Notes under the pieces: generated by a model
What the model was told of the DNA's origin: nothing
The model's input: only the letters and a program-made list of their open reading frames with translations
Databases searched by the model: none
Shown here: positions 1-12,116 of the stretch, piece after piece
Layout of the letters: each line of letters opens with the position of its first letter
How positions within the stretch are numbered: position 1 is the stretch's first letter
Translations under genes and position numbers: made by a program
DNA from: Eledone cirrhosa
Taxonomy: Eukaryota
Assembly (NCBI GenBank): GCA_964016885.1
Contig: OZ024743.1
Location: 225,742,001 to 225,806,000, forward strand
DNA length: 64,000 nucleotides
Reading direction: 5' to 3'

Positions 1-1010
1 AACCCGGCTGTCAGTTGAGAATCCACCTCGTCATTCTATAGAGGGCTGGTGGTTAGCAGGTGCGACGACGCCCTCGGAGAAGCCCTAGGCATGGAGGAAG
101 ACGAACTGGCCAACCTGTTCGGTAGGACATTCAGCCCGAGACCCATGGATAACTTCCAGAGGTCCCTGGCCTGGCAGTGCTACAGAAGGGCTCTGCCCGT
201 TCGAGAAAGGCTCTACAGAGACGAGCGCCCGGGTAGGGACCCCTCGAAAAAGATCTGTCCCAGATGCGTGTGCGACGAGGAAACCGTTGCACACGCATTG
301 GTACACTGCTCGGGCATTGCCGATCTGTGGGGCTATGTCGAACAACTGCTGTCAAGGGTGGGACCGATCCGGTTGACCACCGAGTCTATTGTAACGATCA
401 AGCCGCCTCCCCTCTTCAAAAATGAAGGACAGGCGGTGTTTCTGTGCGTAATAGCCATGGCGAAAGAGGTTGTATGGTGGACGCGTCTGAAAGGACTGAG
501 GTCAGACACCTTTCTCTCTGGCCAACAACTGGTCCGTTTCTTCCGATATCATTTCGGAAGAAGGATCAGGATGGAGAGAGAGGTGCTGCACTCCAGCCGT
601 TTTTATGAAAGATGGGTGAAAGTGGCGAGAATGGCCCGTGTGAATGGGCCTTCACTCTACATCAGACTATAGGTGAGGAAGATGAAAAATCAAGGGAGCA
701 CCTCCTCTCTGTGCTCCTGAGGAGAAGGGTTGCACACTTTTTTCGGGGGTGTGTGCGACCCCAAGGCGCCTCCTCCCTATTGAGGATTTTGTTATAAAAT
801 TTATTTTGTTATATTTTATTTTATTTTTATACTTTGTTATTGCCTCCTCCTTATTGAGGACGCCTTTTCATGTAAACTCCCCCCATTGTACTTGTCCCAC
901 TTTTTGATGCCCTGGTGGCAAATAAAAAGAAAATTATCTATAGTAAAACCCCTACCGTCACGTCTTGCAATGTCCCATTTTTGTGCGCCTCTGTGGCAGA
1001 TAAAGAAAGA
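1..1010 (+). mobile_element. Tx1/L1-clade LINE 3' portion (ORF2 C-terminus with zf-RVT-like CCHC motif, 3' UTR, duplicated terminus)
   Basis: ORF 49..672 has CPRC..EETVAHALVHC and is homologous to the Tx1 ORF2 C-termini at 53414, 55036 and 60735. Terminus motif CC..GTGGC..ATAAA(A)AGAAA occurs twice (~911 and ~988), followed by TATC/TGTC repeats. Confidence 0.9.
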
Positions 1011-1069
1011 TATCTATATATCTATCTGTCTGTTTGTCTGTCTGTCTATCTATATATGTATATGTTTAT

Positions 1070-1102
<33 letters not shown>

Positions 1103-1127
1103 CACACGCACACACACACACACACAC

Positions 1128-1169
<42 letters not shown>

Positions 1170-1178
1170 ACACATACG

Positions 1179-1215
<37 letters not shown>

Positions 1216-1217
<2 letters not shown>

Positions 1218-1418
1218 GTAAGCTATCGTCGTATTTTGACTAAAGAAATTAAAGAAATTATTTAGCCTGATAGTGGGGTTAAGAACCCTCGGAGAAATGG
1301 AAAAAGATGAGTATTGTCAATAATCATTTTTTTCCATTTCTCCGAGGGTTCTTAACCCCACTATCAGGCTAAATAATTTCTTTAATTTCTTTAGTCAAAA
1401 TACGACGATAGCTTACAT
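1216..1418. repeat. Near-perfect ~100-bp-arm fold-back palindrome inside CA/TA microsatellite
   Basis: ATGTAAGCTATCGTCG...GGAAAAAGATGA is mirrored by TCATTTTTTTCC...CGACGATAGCTTACAT with a very short loop. Confidence 0.9.
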
Positions 1419-1484
1419 TTATCATAACTTCAAACCCACTCGCTGTTTCGAAAATATTCTTACACACACACACACACACACACC

Positions 1485-1532
<48 letters not shown>

Positions 1533-1669
1533 ATGTTTACCTGTCCTACGGTTGTGCTCGTATCCTTTCGTCTAGTGGGTAACTCATTTGTCCAAAGAGC
1601 CCAATCTTACTGGAAAAATCATAATAATACCTACACTCTGTTTTCTTAAGTATAGATTACTAAGCTGAA

Positions 1670-1856
1670 TAATTGTTTCTACTTTTGGCACAAGGCCAGC
1701 AATTACCCAGTGTATTACTGGTACTTTATTTTATCGACCCCGTAAGGATGAAAGGCAAAGTTAACCTCGGCAGGATTTGAACTCAGATCATAAAGAGCCG
1801 TAACTCTATGCTGCAAAGCATGATGTCTGATGCTCTACCGATACTGCCAATCCATC
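1670..1856 (-). mobile_element. tRNA-derived SINE (family A; tail CCTTGTGCCAAAAGTAGAAAC+(TTA)n)
   Basis: Minus strand has A-box TGGCAGTATCGG, B-box GAGTTCAAATCC and the shared body and tail; more than 10 copies in the window. Confidence 0.9.
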
Positions 1857-1872
1857 GAACAGTAACAGTAAT

Positions 1873-1990
1873 AATAATTGTTTCTACTTTTGGCACAAGG
1901 CCAGCAATTACCCAGTACATTACTGGTACTTTATTCCAGTAATGCATTGGGTAATTGCTGGCCTTGTGCCAAAAGTAGAAACAATTATTA
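1873..1990. repeat. Inverted pair of SINE family A 3' tails forming a hairpin
   Basis: TAATTGTTTCTACTTTTGGCACAAGGCC...CTGG is mirrored by CCAG...GGCCTTGTGCCAAAAGTAGAAACAATTA. Confidence 0.85.
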
Positions 1991-2802
1991 CTGTTACTTA
2001 GAGTTACTGTAGAGTTACTGTAGAGTTACGGCCCATGCCATTCTGAGTAACAGTAATAATAATAAGAAACAATACTACTGACAACAACAATAACAACACA
2101 AAAAACAAACCCAACCATATCATCATCAGCAACAGAAGTACAAAGAACTGTGACAATAGAAATAATAACAACAACAACAACAACAACAATCGCAACAAAA
2201 ATAGATATATAATATAATTATTAGGAATATAATATATTTCTGTTGATCAGAATCAAAATGGAAATTAAAGACAGAGGCAGTCAGAAAGAAAGAAACGTAT
2301 ATAGAGGAAAGAAAGAAGGAAAGAAAGAAAGAAAGAAAGGAAGAAAAAAGAAAGTAAGGAAAAATAAATAAAGAAAGAAATAAAGAAAGAAAAAAGAAAG
2401 AGAGAAAAAATAAAGAAAGAAGGAAAAAAAGGAAGTAAACAAATGATGAAAGCGCAAAAGAGTAAAGAAAAGCCATCACCAGCACCACCACCATCACCAT
2501 CACCATCACCACCACCAACACCACCACCGCGACCACCTCCACCACCAATGACGACAATAACAACAAGAACATCAACAAATGAAATCTAGATGAAAAGGGA
2601 GACGTAATAAAGTCATAAAAAGCTGGAATGAAATTATAAATTAATCAGGAATTAAATAGATAAAACACAGCAGAAGAAAATTACAGACTTTTAAAATGTT
2701 TATTCCTTATTGTTTTTCTTTCATCTCTCTTTCTATTTTTCTATCTACACACACGCATGCGCGCACACATGCGCATACACACACAGACACACACGGATAT
2801 AT

Positions 2803-3117
2803 AACTAGCACTCCGTCAGTTACGACGACGAGTGTTCCAGTTGATACGATCAACGGAACAGCCTGCTCGTGAAATTAACGTGCAAGTGGCTGAGCATTCC
2901 ACAAACACGCTTAACCATAACATATTTCTCAGGGAGATTCAGCATGAAACAGAATGTGACAGGGCAGGGCAGACGCTTCCAATTACAGGTACAACTCATT
3001 TTTGCCAGCTGAGTGGACTTGAGCAACGCTCAAGGACACAACCTGCCGCCGAGGATCGAACTCACGACATTACGATTGTAAGCTGAATACCCTAACCACA
3101 AAGCCATGCGCCTTCAC
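2803..3117 (-). mobile_element. tRNA-derived SINE (family B)
   Basis: Minus-strand head GGCGCATGGCTTTGTGGTTAG..GAGTTCGATCC and TGTGTCCTTGAGC central motif; partial paralog at ~32630-32815, related head at ~10465-10570. Confidence 0.75.
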
Positions 3118-3223
3118 GCATATATCATACACTCAAACACACTTAGGTACACACATACACATACACTCAAACACACTTAGGTACATACACATACACATAC
3201 ACGAAATGTTTAGCACGTATACA

Positions 3224-3298
3224 TCCTAGGTTGTATAGTAGTAAGTATCCCCGATTGTCATGCGAGAGACCGAAGTTCGATTCCCCGCCGGGGAGCCA
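3224..3298 (+). pseudogene. tRNA-Asp(GTC) processed pseudogene ending in CCA
   Basis: 72 nt colinear with eukaryotic tRNA-Asp (TCCT..GTATAGT.GT.AGTATCCCCG..TGTCA.GCG.GAGACCG..GTTCGATTCCCCG.CGGGGAG), anticodon GTC at 3257-3259, several stem-breaking substitutions, then CCA at 3296-3298. Confidence 0.9.
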
Positions 3299-3661
3299 CA
3301 AGGGCGGTGCCCCAGCATGGCCTCAGCCGGATGGCTGGAACAGGTAAAAGAGTAGAAGAGTATACACACACACACATAGGTACAATCCACAACACATACA
3401 TCCATACTGCCATATAAACACACATGTTAACATATATATAAACACACACATAAACACACATAGAAACATACATACACACGAAATACTCTTGACAAGAGTG
3501 GAGACAATAAAAGGAGGTGTTAACAGTTTCTTAAAGAAATGGTTGGTCTCCTGTCAAAATTGACAAGATTTAGGCTTTATAGAACTACCGTAGCCCTCAT
3601 ACAGCCGTTAACATCCCTGGTGGAGGTATTAAAGTCTGAAACAATATGATGTTACGGGATT

Positions 3662-4202
3662 ACGAGGATCCCATTATTTGAGTCACCCACGAGAATCCCA
3701 TTATCTGTGTCACTCACCAGAATCCCATTATCTAAGTCACCCACGAGGATCCCATTGTCTAAGTCACCCACGAGAATCCCATTGTCTGAGTCACCCACGA
3801 GAATCCCATTATCTAAGTCACCCACGAGGATCCCATTGTCTAAGTCACTCACGAGGATTCCATTGTCTGAGCCACCCACGAGAATCCCATTATCTAAGTC
3901 ACCCACGAGAATCCCATTATCTAAGTCACCCACGAGAATCCCATTGTCTAAGTCACCCACGAGAATCCCATTGTCTGAGCCACCCACGAGAATCCCATTG
4001 TCTAAGTCACCCACGAGGATCCCATTGTCTAAGTCACCCACGAGGATCCCATTGTCTGAGCCACCCACGAGGATCCCATTGTCTGAGCCACCCACGAGGA
4101 TCCCATTGTCTAAGTCACCCACGAGGATCCCATTGTCTGAGCCACCCACGAGAATCCCATTGTCTAAGTCACCCACGAGGATCCCATTGTCTGAGCCACC
4201 CA
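3662..4202. repeat. 27-bp minisatellite, ~20 copies
   Basis: Unit ACGAG(G/A)ATCCCATT(G/A)TCT(G/A)AG(T/C)CACCC repeated contiguously with no spacers. Confidence 0.95.
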
Positions 4203-5799
4203 TCCAAGGGCGGTGACAGGAAGGAAATGAGTGAGAAAAGCGGTAAAGAAAGAAGAGAATATCTTAGAAATGAAGGTGATAGTTATAGTACAGAACGCAT
4301 GGTTAGGGCTGTCATGGACGTAGAACAAGTGGATATCCTGTCAATAAAACAAAAGAAGGTGAGAAATTATAACAAGAAGTTAGCCACATCGAGGTGGAGC
4401 AGCATTTGACCTAAACTGTAGGATTAGAGAGCTTCTTCTTATCGTGACCACTTGTGTGTGTGTGTGTGGGGGGGGTGATAGGATTAGCAGTATCTTGTCG
4501 ATCTACTTGATCTTGTCGATCTTGTTCATCTTATCAATACTCCCAGGGCCGCAGCGTGGACACTCCTATCTTGACCCCATTAGAGAGCTAAAGTTCTTGG
4601 ATAGTATGGGAGATAGCGGAACAAAGTAAACTGTCGTGAAACAGATTAAGGAAAATGGAACCGATCAAGCTGCAATCCCTTCTGAGAGTAGTGTATGTTG
4701 TGCTCCCATTCCCAGCCAATATTAGGCGGTGGGGATGGAGTGGCACTGTTGAGTTTTATTGGCGTGGAAGTTATGCATCATTAGAATATATTTTGGCAGT
4801 ATTGGGTCTATTCCTGACAAAGCAAACTTGGCGACATATCGAAGCCCTGAGTGTTCTCGTTAATGCACTACAAAAACAATGCAGCACTGTTAATGTAATG
4901 AAAACCAATACAAGCTGACAGGGAAGGCGATGAAAGGGACGTTGGTATCTAGACTTCTGCAAGGAGCCAATGACTGGAAAGGACAAGCTGCCCGAAAAAA
5001 GCGCTAGTATTCTCCAGCCATATTGCTATAATACTACAACACCCCTATCTTATGGTATGGTCTGCCTCATCACAAAATCCTCATTGAGGAACTGACTGTG
5101 CCTCGGTAAGACAATATGGAATGGGCTGGTGAAAGTACATAAAATTTGAATTAAAAGAGTCATGTGGTAATCCAGATTGACAGTGTACATTGCTTCCAGT
5201 TGTCATTCTTGGTTAGTATTGGACTTGGATAGGAAAGTAGAGAGTTGTTTCAAGAACTACAGTGGGAGGCGGATAAAGCTTCATTGTGGATATCGTAAAA
5301 GTATTTCAGTGATAATCCATCACTGAGAACAGAGAGAAAAACCTCAGCAAGAAGTAAACATCATAAATTTTAAATGATGGGAATGATCACAACAGTATCA
5401 CGATTCTGGTGATAGTGACATGGATAACAAGGAACATTGTACTATTACCATAAAATCCAGGAATTTCCTGGCAGTATCAACGCAGCTTGGCACCACTGAT
5501 GGGGTGATACTGTCGGAGGGTGCTGACAATGTAGAGATCTTCAGGCGACAGTGCAAGCTGTATGTGGAATATAATAATATACATTACATCCTACCTTTAT
5601 TCCTAACTGCCCCACCACCACCACACACAAGTATATGTATTTCGATTTCGATCTTCAGAATCAACCTTTATCTTTTTCACTTTTCTCCCTCACCTCTTTC
5701 CGTATGAATATATACAAATATATATATATATATATATATATCAACGTGTATGTACATATAATGCATACATACATACAGACATAATACAGGAATACATAC

Positions 5800-6341
5800 A
5801 TAGATGATGATGATGGCTGCAACACGATTTGGAGTAATGCCATCGCTTTATACTTAAGCATAAGCATTACGGATGTGGCTTTTTAGACCTGCCAGGGACT
5901 TGCCTATGGCCAGCAATACCATGCATTGCAAACAATGTCACATAACAATCGATGCCAGTGCTTGAAGCTTTTTTAAGTGAGGAAAAGCTTTGTACAGGGC
6001 CAGCCCCATTCTCTGAAAATCGAATACATTTGCCCCAAAAGAAGAACTGGTCTACATCATTGGATGCAAACTAAGTCGCAGCTTTTATATCAGAGTCATC
6101 TTCTCCCAGAGAGATGTATTAATGAAGACCAGGAGTCTCTCGCTCCACAAAAAAGAAAAAAACTTTATAGGATGGCGTTTGACTTTACTGAGTCCCTCCA
6201 CTTTTTCACGGGTTTTGTTTTTCATCCCGCAGGGTGTCCAAATTCACCCTCCTCACCAAGCAAGCTTGGTGGGGTTGCCGGTTTAGTCGCCGACTCTCCG
6301 ACCATGCACAGGTTGTACCGGGTTACATATAACGCTGAACG

Positions 6342-6345
<4 letters not shown>
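5800..6345 (-). mobile_element. Short non-autonomous element with RTE-like 5' leader and GCAGCCATC-(ATGT)n 3' end
   Basis: 5' part aligns with 27858-27997 and with the RTE leader at 43423-43562; body aligns with 27135-27280 and 28143-28290. Confidence 0.65.
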
Positions 6346-6410
<65 letters not shown>

Positions 6411-6437
6411 TCACACACACACATACACACACATACA

Positions 6438-6485
<48 letters not shown>

Positions 6486-6717
6486 AATATCTGTGAGTGT
6501 GTGTGAATGTATGTATGCATACTCAAGTGCACATGTTGCTTTTAATATATAATTAACCAGACACACACATATATATACACACACACCTATATATATACAC
6601 CCCCCCACCACACATATATATACACCCACTCACACATATACATAAATATCATGGACAAACTTATACACGGAAACACTGGTAAGCGGATATACAAACATTC
6701 GTTTTTACACACACACA

Positions 6718-6810
<93 letters not shown>

Positions 6811-7071
6811 TGGACAAACTTATACACGCAAACACTGGTAAGCGTATATACAAACACTCGTTTATACACACGTAATGCCTGAGCGTGATTGAAACTCGTT
6901 TTTGTAATTTACATAAACAGCAATTCTGCCTGAAACATTAAAGAGAAAAAAAATACAAAGTTCTTTGGTTTATTTAGTTTATGTGTATAGGTGTGTGTAT
7001 ACGTGTGTAATAGAGAGAGAAAGACGGTGGAAGTGACAGAGAGAGGGAAAGAGAGGGAAAGAGAGAGAGAG

Positions 7072-7079
<8 letters not shown>

Positions 7080-7103
<24 letters not shown>

Positions 7104-7199
7104 TGTGAATGTGGGCGTGTGAACGTGTTAATGTGTGTGAGTATGTGTATGAATGTGTGCCCATGTGTGTGTGTGTGTGTGTTTGTGTGAGTTTGTATA

Positions 7200-7237
<38 letters not shown>

Positions 7238-7365
7238 TTTGTGTGTGTGTTGTGTGTGTCTGTATGTGTTTGTGTGTGTTTGTTTGTGTGTGTGTGTGTC
7301 TGTGTGTGTTTGTTTGTGTGTCTGTATGTGTTTGTGTGTGTGTGTTTGTGTGCGTTTGTAAGTTT

Positions 7366-7399
<34 letters not shown>

Positions 7400-8285
7400 C
7401 TGTGTGATGTGTATGTGTGTGTATGTGTGTGTATTAGTCTCACTAATAGTAAACTTGTTAACCCTATAAATACCATGATATTATGCACTTTATATTTGTT
7501 GATAGCATCACGAAATAAACAAATTAAAAAAAAAAAAGAACTTACTATCAGACGAAACTGATTTTTGCATAATATCGATATCAATACAATTATGAACTAA
7601 TTATTTTCATCCTTAGCTGAAACTCGCGAGAGATGAGTGATTCAGTGTAAAATTATATACCAAATGTAAACATATGCAAGTGAGAGAATTGACAGTTGAT
7701 AGAAGAGTTTGATAAGTTCAATTAAGATATGAGTGTAGAATCTGACGTTTTGGAATCTTGTACTTCGTCAGGAAGTGAGGAAGAGATGTAAAGAAAAAGA
7801 GACAGAGAGGAATAGAAGTGGTAGACATAGAGGAGGAGAGGGACAGAGGGACAGAGGGAGGGAGTGAGGGAAAGAGAGAAAGCGAGAGAGGGAGAGGGGA
7901 AAGGAGAAACGAAGAGAGGAGAAGGTGGAAAGAGTGGAGAGAGTAAGAGAGATAGGAGAAAGGAAGACAGAGAAGAGAGAGGAAGGGAAAGAGGAGAAAG
8001 GGGAAAGAGAGGAGAGAGGAAGAAAAGAGAGGAAAGAGGAAAAATAGAGGAGAGGAGAGAAGGCGAGAGAGAAGAGAAGATGATAGAGAAGAGAAGACGA
8101 GAGAGAAGAAGGGAGAGAGGGAGAGAGAGAGAGGAAGAGAGGACGAGAGGAAGAAAAGAGAGGAGAGGAGAGAAGACGAGAGAAAAGAAGAGAGAGAGGA
8201 AGAGAGGACGAGAGGAAAAGAGAGGGAGAGGAAGAGAGGACGAGAGGAAAAGAGAGGGAGATATATATAGAGAGGAGAGGGAAAA
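7080..8285. repeat. GT-rich and GA-rich low-complexity tracts flanking a short unique segment
   Basis: (GT)n-like 7100-7432 and purine-rich 7780-8285. Confidence 0.9.
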
Positions 8286-8689
8286 CAATGACAATAAGTG
8301 ATGCCTCTAATATCAGATTAAGCGATATCACTGGTTGCTTTAATATTTAGAACATTTCAGTAAGACTTAACTTGCAGCTTCGAACTTCATCAAAACCGGC
8401 AGTGACTTTGCTGACAATATTACATGTTATTGTAGCACTTCTCGCTACGGCGCTATTATAGTAAGTAGCAGTTTTATTAAATAGGTTTTGCCTGTCAATA
8501 CGCCAGCTAGTATTACCTGTAATGTGGTGCATGATCGTTGCCGGGTGCCTGTAATAGTGTCCATTAGTGTTTAGGTTTATTGTTTCATCAAAGAAGCTTG
8601 ACATATATTTCAGTTTACCTTTATACACACATAAACAAACACACCCACACATACACTCATTTATATATTCTCTTTTACGCTTTTACCTG

Positions 8690-8945
8690 TATCAGCCATC
8701 CGGCTGGTTCAGGACCTCGATGGCTGAGCTTCGGTCGTTTCGACAGCTAGATCCGAACGCATTCGGAGCTAGCTGTCGAAACGGCCGGAGTTTCAGAAGA
8801 TCTCGTTAAGGGTGAAAGCAGCGATTCTTTGCTTAAACGTTAATTTGTTATTTTAATAAATATTTGCTCTACGGTTCTTATATATTTGATATATATTTAT
8901 CCTTATGGAGCCCTCTTCGGATTTTAGTCTTCACCTTTATTATTA
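8690..8945 (+). mobile_element. Small structured repeat (pLTR-like) carrying a CAGAAGA-core hammerhead-like motif
   Basis: Core block GTTTCAGAAGATC(C/T)CGTTAAGGGTGAAAGCAGCGATTCTTTGCTTAAA recurs at 24040, 26080 and 26306; 8862-8910 recurs inverted at ~26628-26680. Confidence 0.7.
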
Positions 8946-9127
8946 TTACTATAAATATATATATATATACATATACATGTGTGTGTGTGTATGTGTGCAT
9001 GTATATATGTATGTGATTATGTTTGAATGTATGTATGTATGTATGTTTCTATCTATCTTCTATTTGTGTATGTATATGTACATGTATATGTATATGTTAA
9101 AGTATATATATGTATATGTATGATATA

Positions 9128-9206
<79 letters not shown>

Positions 9207-9634
9207 TGCGCGTATGTGAAAAGTTTATGTATGTTAAATACGTGTAGAAATACGCACACACATATATTCGTGTGCGTGTATCCATTCTGAAATACAACCT
9301 AGCTTATCCTTTAAGGAAGTCCAACACAGCGAAAAGCAGTTTCTATTTTAGTCAACTTTGTATCTATTTACGGCTTCAACAACACACTAAAGCTAAAGTC
9401 GTGAATAAAATTTACTATAGTTTGGTTTGGTTTGTTTATCTCTATACATACATGTAAATGAAGCCAAAAGCATACATGCACGTGCACATGCACAAATACA
9501 TATAGAGATACGCATGCATACACTCCCCGTCTCTCACACACGCTTATATATATATATATATATAAAATATATGTGTCTGTATGCATGTAAAAGATAAACA
9601 GCAATAACAAAACAAACGGCACAATACATGGAAG

Positions 9635-9730
<96 letters not shown>

Positions 9731-10675
9731 TGTGTGTGTGTGTGTGTGTGTTCATGTTTCTTGAAACATCGATATATGTATCTTTTTGTTTTACTGTGAT
9801 GCAGTATATAGCATGCTTCAGGTTATAGGCAGGTTTATAACTCCACTGTCATTCAATTAACTGACGCACTGTGTTACACAGGTTGCGTTGATTATATGAC
9901 TACTGCTGACTGTGTATATGTGCTTATTGTATCTGTTCTTAAATGTGTTGTTTGTGAATGTGATATAATTTCCTCAGCGAGATTTGAACTCAGAACATAA
10001 AAGGAAATAATAATGGTTTATGATTTAGGCACATGGCCATCAATTTGGTGAGAGCGAGGGGAAAGTCGATTAAATCAACCCCAGGGCGTTACTGGTACTT
10101 CATTTCATTGAGACAAAGCTAACCTCAGCGGTATAGGTGCTAAACTCGTGGCAAATCATGACCGAATGGAGGGGGGGGGGGGTGTCTTCCTTTTCTTCTG
10201 TTCTCTTTATAAAAACTTCAACATCATTTACCAGAACGTTTTTTCTATTTAAGCGACATATTCAAAATAATTCAACATTGACATCTTTCACTACCATGTG
10301 ACAAAGGATTTCCTATTTTTTATAACACTTTCAATAGATGCAAATATCTAATTGATTGTAAACAATAAAAAAAAAAGCTGCAGTTTCGATAGAGTGTCAC
10401 ATATTTGGAGTTAGTTTCAATGTCCTTATTTCTTCAAAATATATATTATAGAATGACCATGAAAGAACGTGGCCTATTGGACTCACGATCATAAGGTCGT
10501 TGTTTCATTCTTGTATTGGAAGGCGCGTTGTGTTCTTGAGCAAGACACTCCATTTCATATTACATTTTCATTCTAGGGCCCTTATCATTAAAGCACCAGA
10601 GAACCCTCTCATGCAATACAATCTAATAGGAGGTCAGCTAAACCTACATAGGTGTGAATTTCATTTTATTTTCAT

Positions 10676-10905
10676 GATAAACCGGTCGCTCTCCGATAGG
10701 TTGCGGTCGTGCCCTTGGCGGTGGAGATCTCTGGCGTCCTTGGACCTAAGGCTACGTCCCTATTTACCACCATAAGCGCTGAGCTGGTCAGCCGCAGGTG
10801 TGAGCCTCGCGAGATGGAATGGCTCTTCCAGCGCATCTCCCTTACAATCCTCCGGCGAAACGCCTTCTCCATTCTGTCCGCCGGGGCTGTGGGGCGACCA
10901 TTTGC
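10676..10905 (+). mobile_element. CRE-clade LINE 3' fragment (restriction-like endonuclease end)
   Basis: VPLAVEISGVLGPKA...WLFQRISLTILRRNAFSIL; homologous to the 45280-45450 minus-strand copy. Confidence 0.8.
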
Positions 10906-11354
10906 TCATAATAGTGAGAGATGGGTAGGGCGAGAGAGATGGAGGCGATGACAGTAGGAGTTCGGCTCTTCCGTATTCGGACACATTGGTAAGCACTTGG
11001 AATTCTTTGATTTTTACACACTGAAAATATATTCTTATCCCAATAGGAGATTATTTGTATGCAGTAGGAGAAGCATCTATTTGTTAGAGACTCTTTAGGT
11101 AATTAGTGTAACCGAGATTAAACCAGATTAATGGACAAACACAACATGGGATAGACAAGCTAGCACTGACAATAATGAATTCGATAAAGGTGTATGTAGA
11201 ATTACTGCTGCTTTAAATCCATATAAGCTTTGCAATCATTGAGATAAACCTTGTTTCTTGAAAAATAAAACCAAATGATGGAAACGATGATAATGATGGT
11301 GATGGTGATGATGATGATGATGGTGATACTATCAATCACATCAACACGTATACG

Positions 11355-11431
<77 letters not shown>

Positions 11432-11446
11432 GCACACACACGCACG

Positions 11447-11535
<89 letters not shown>

Positions 11536-11569
11536 GTTTACATATGAATATATATAAAGTCATAAATAT

Positions 11570-12017
11570 ATATGTGTTTTGCAACGGGTCACTTTGTGGC
11601 TCAATGAAGAATTAATAAATTAAATAATCAGAGCTATATATCATAAAACATGTCTATAGAATCACCAGATAAAATACATACCGTTTCCTCTCCCAATTAG
11701 CATAATTAACCATATAAAAAATCAATTAGACCAAGTTATAAGAATAAACGCTCCTATGAAGAAATCTCCGACAAATAACCGAAAGCAGCCCCTTCGCGGC
11801 GGTTACGACGGATCATTTATCGAATATTTCAACAGCATGTATAAATCGACCAGATATACAGTAAACTAAACAGAATTAGGTGTAAAATAAACTAGAAGAA
11901 AAGTGTACATATTTATTCTTATAGCTTGGTCTAATTGATTTTTTTATATGGTTAATTATGCTAATTGGGAGAGGATACGGTATATATTTTATCTGGTTAT
12001 TCTATAGACATGTTTTA

Positions 12018-12022
<5 letters not shown>
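11570..12022. mobile_element. TA-flanked non-coding repeat with internal inverted duplication
   Basis: Aligns with 40830-41322; arms ~11636-11748 and ~11911-12022 are reverse complements. Confidence 0.75.
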
Positions 12023-12092
<70 letters not shown>

Positions 12093-12116
12093 GGTATATA
12101 TATATATATATAATAA

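Noticed and set aside
3224-3295. Functional tRNA-Asp gene
   Set aside because: Broken T- and anticodon-stem pairs, altered D-loop GG, encoded CCA and no T-run terminator.
3662-4202. CRISPR-like array or repeat protein
   Set aside because: Units are contiguous with no unique spacers, the context is eukaryotic, and the ORFs are by-products of a 27-bp period.
7540-7780. Minus-strand promoter and first exon (CTTCCTGACG motif, GTAAGT donor)
   Set aside because: Motif-level only; no downstream exon could be linked.
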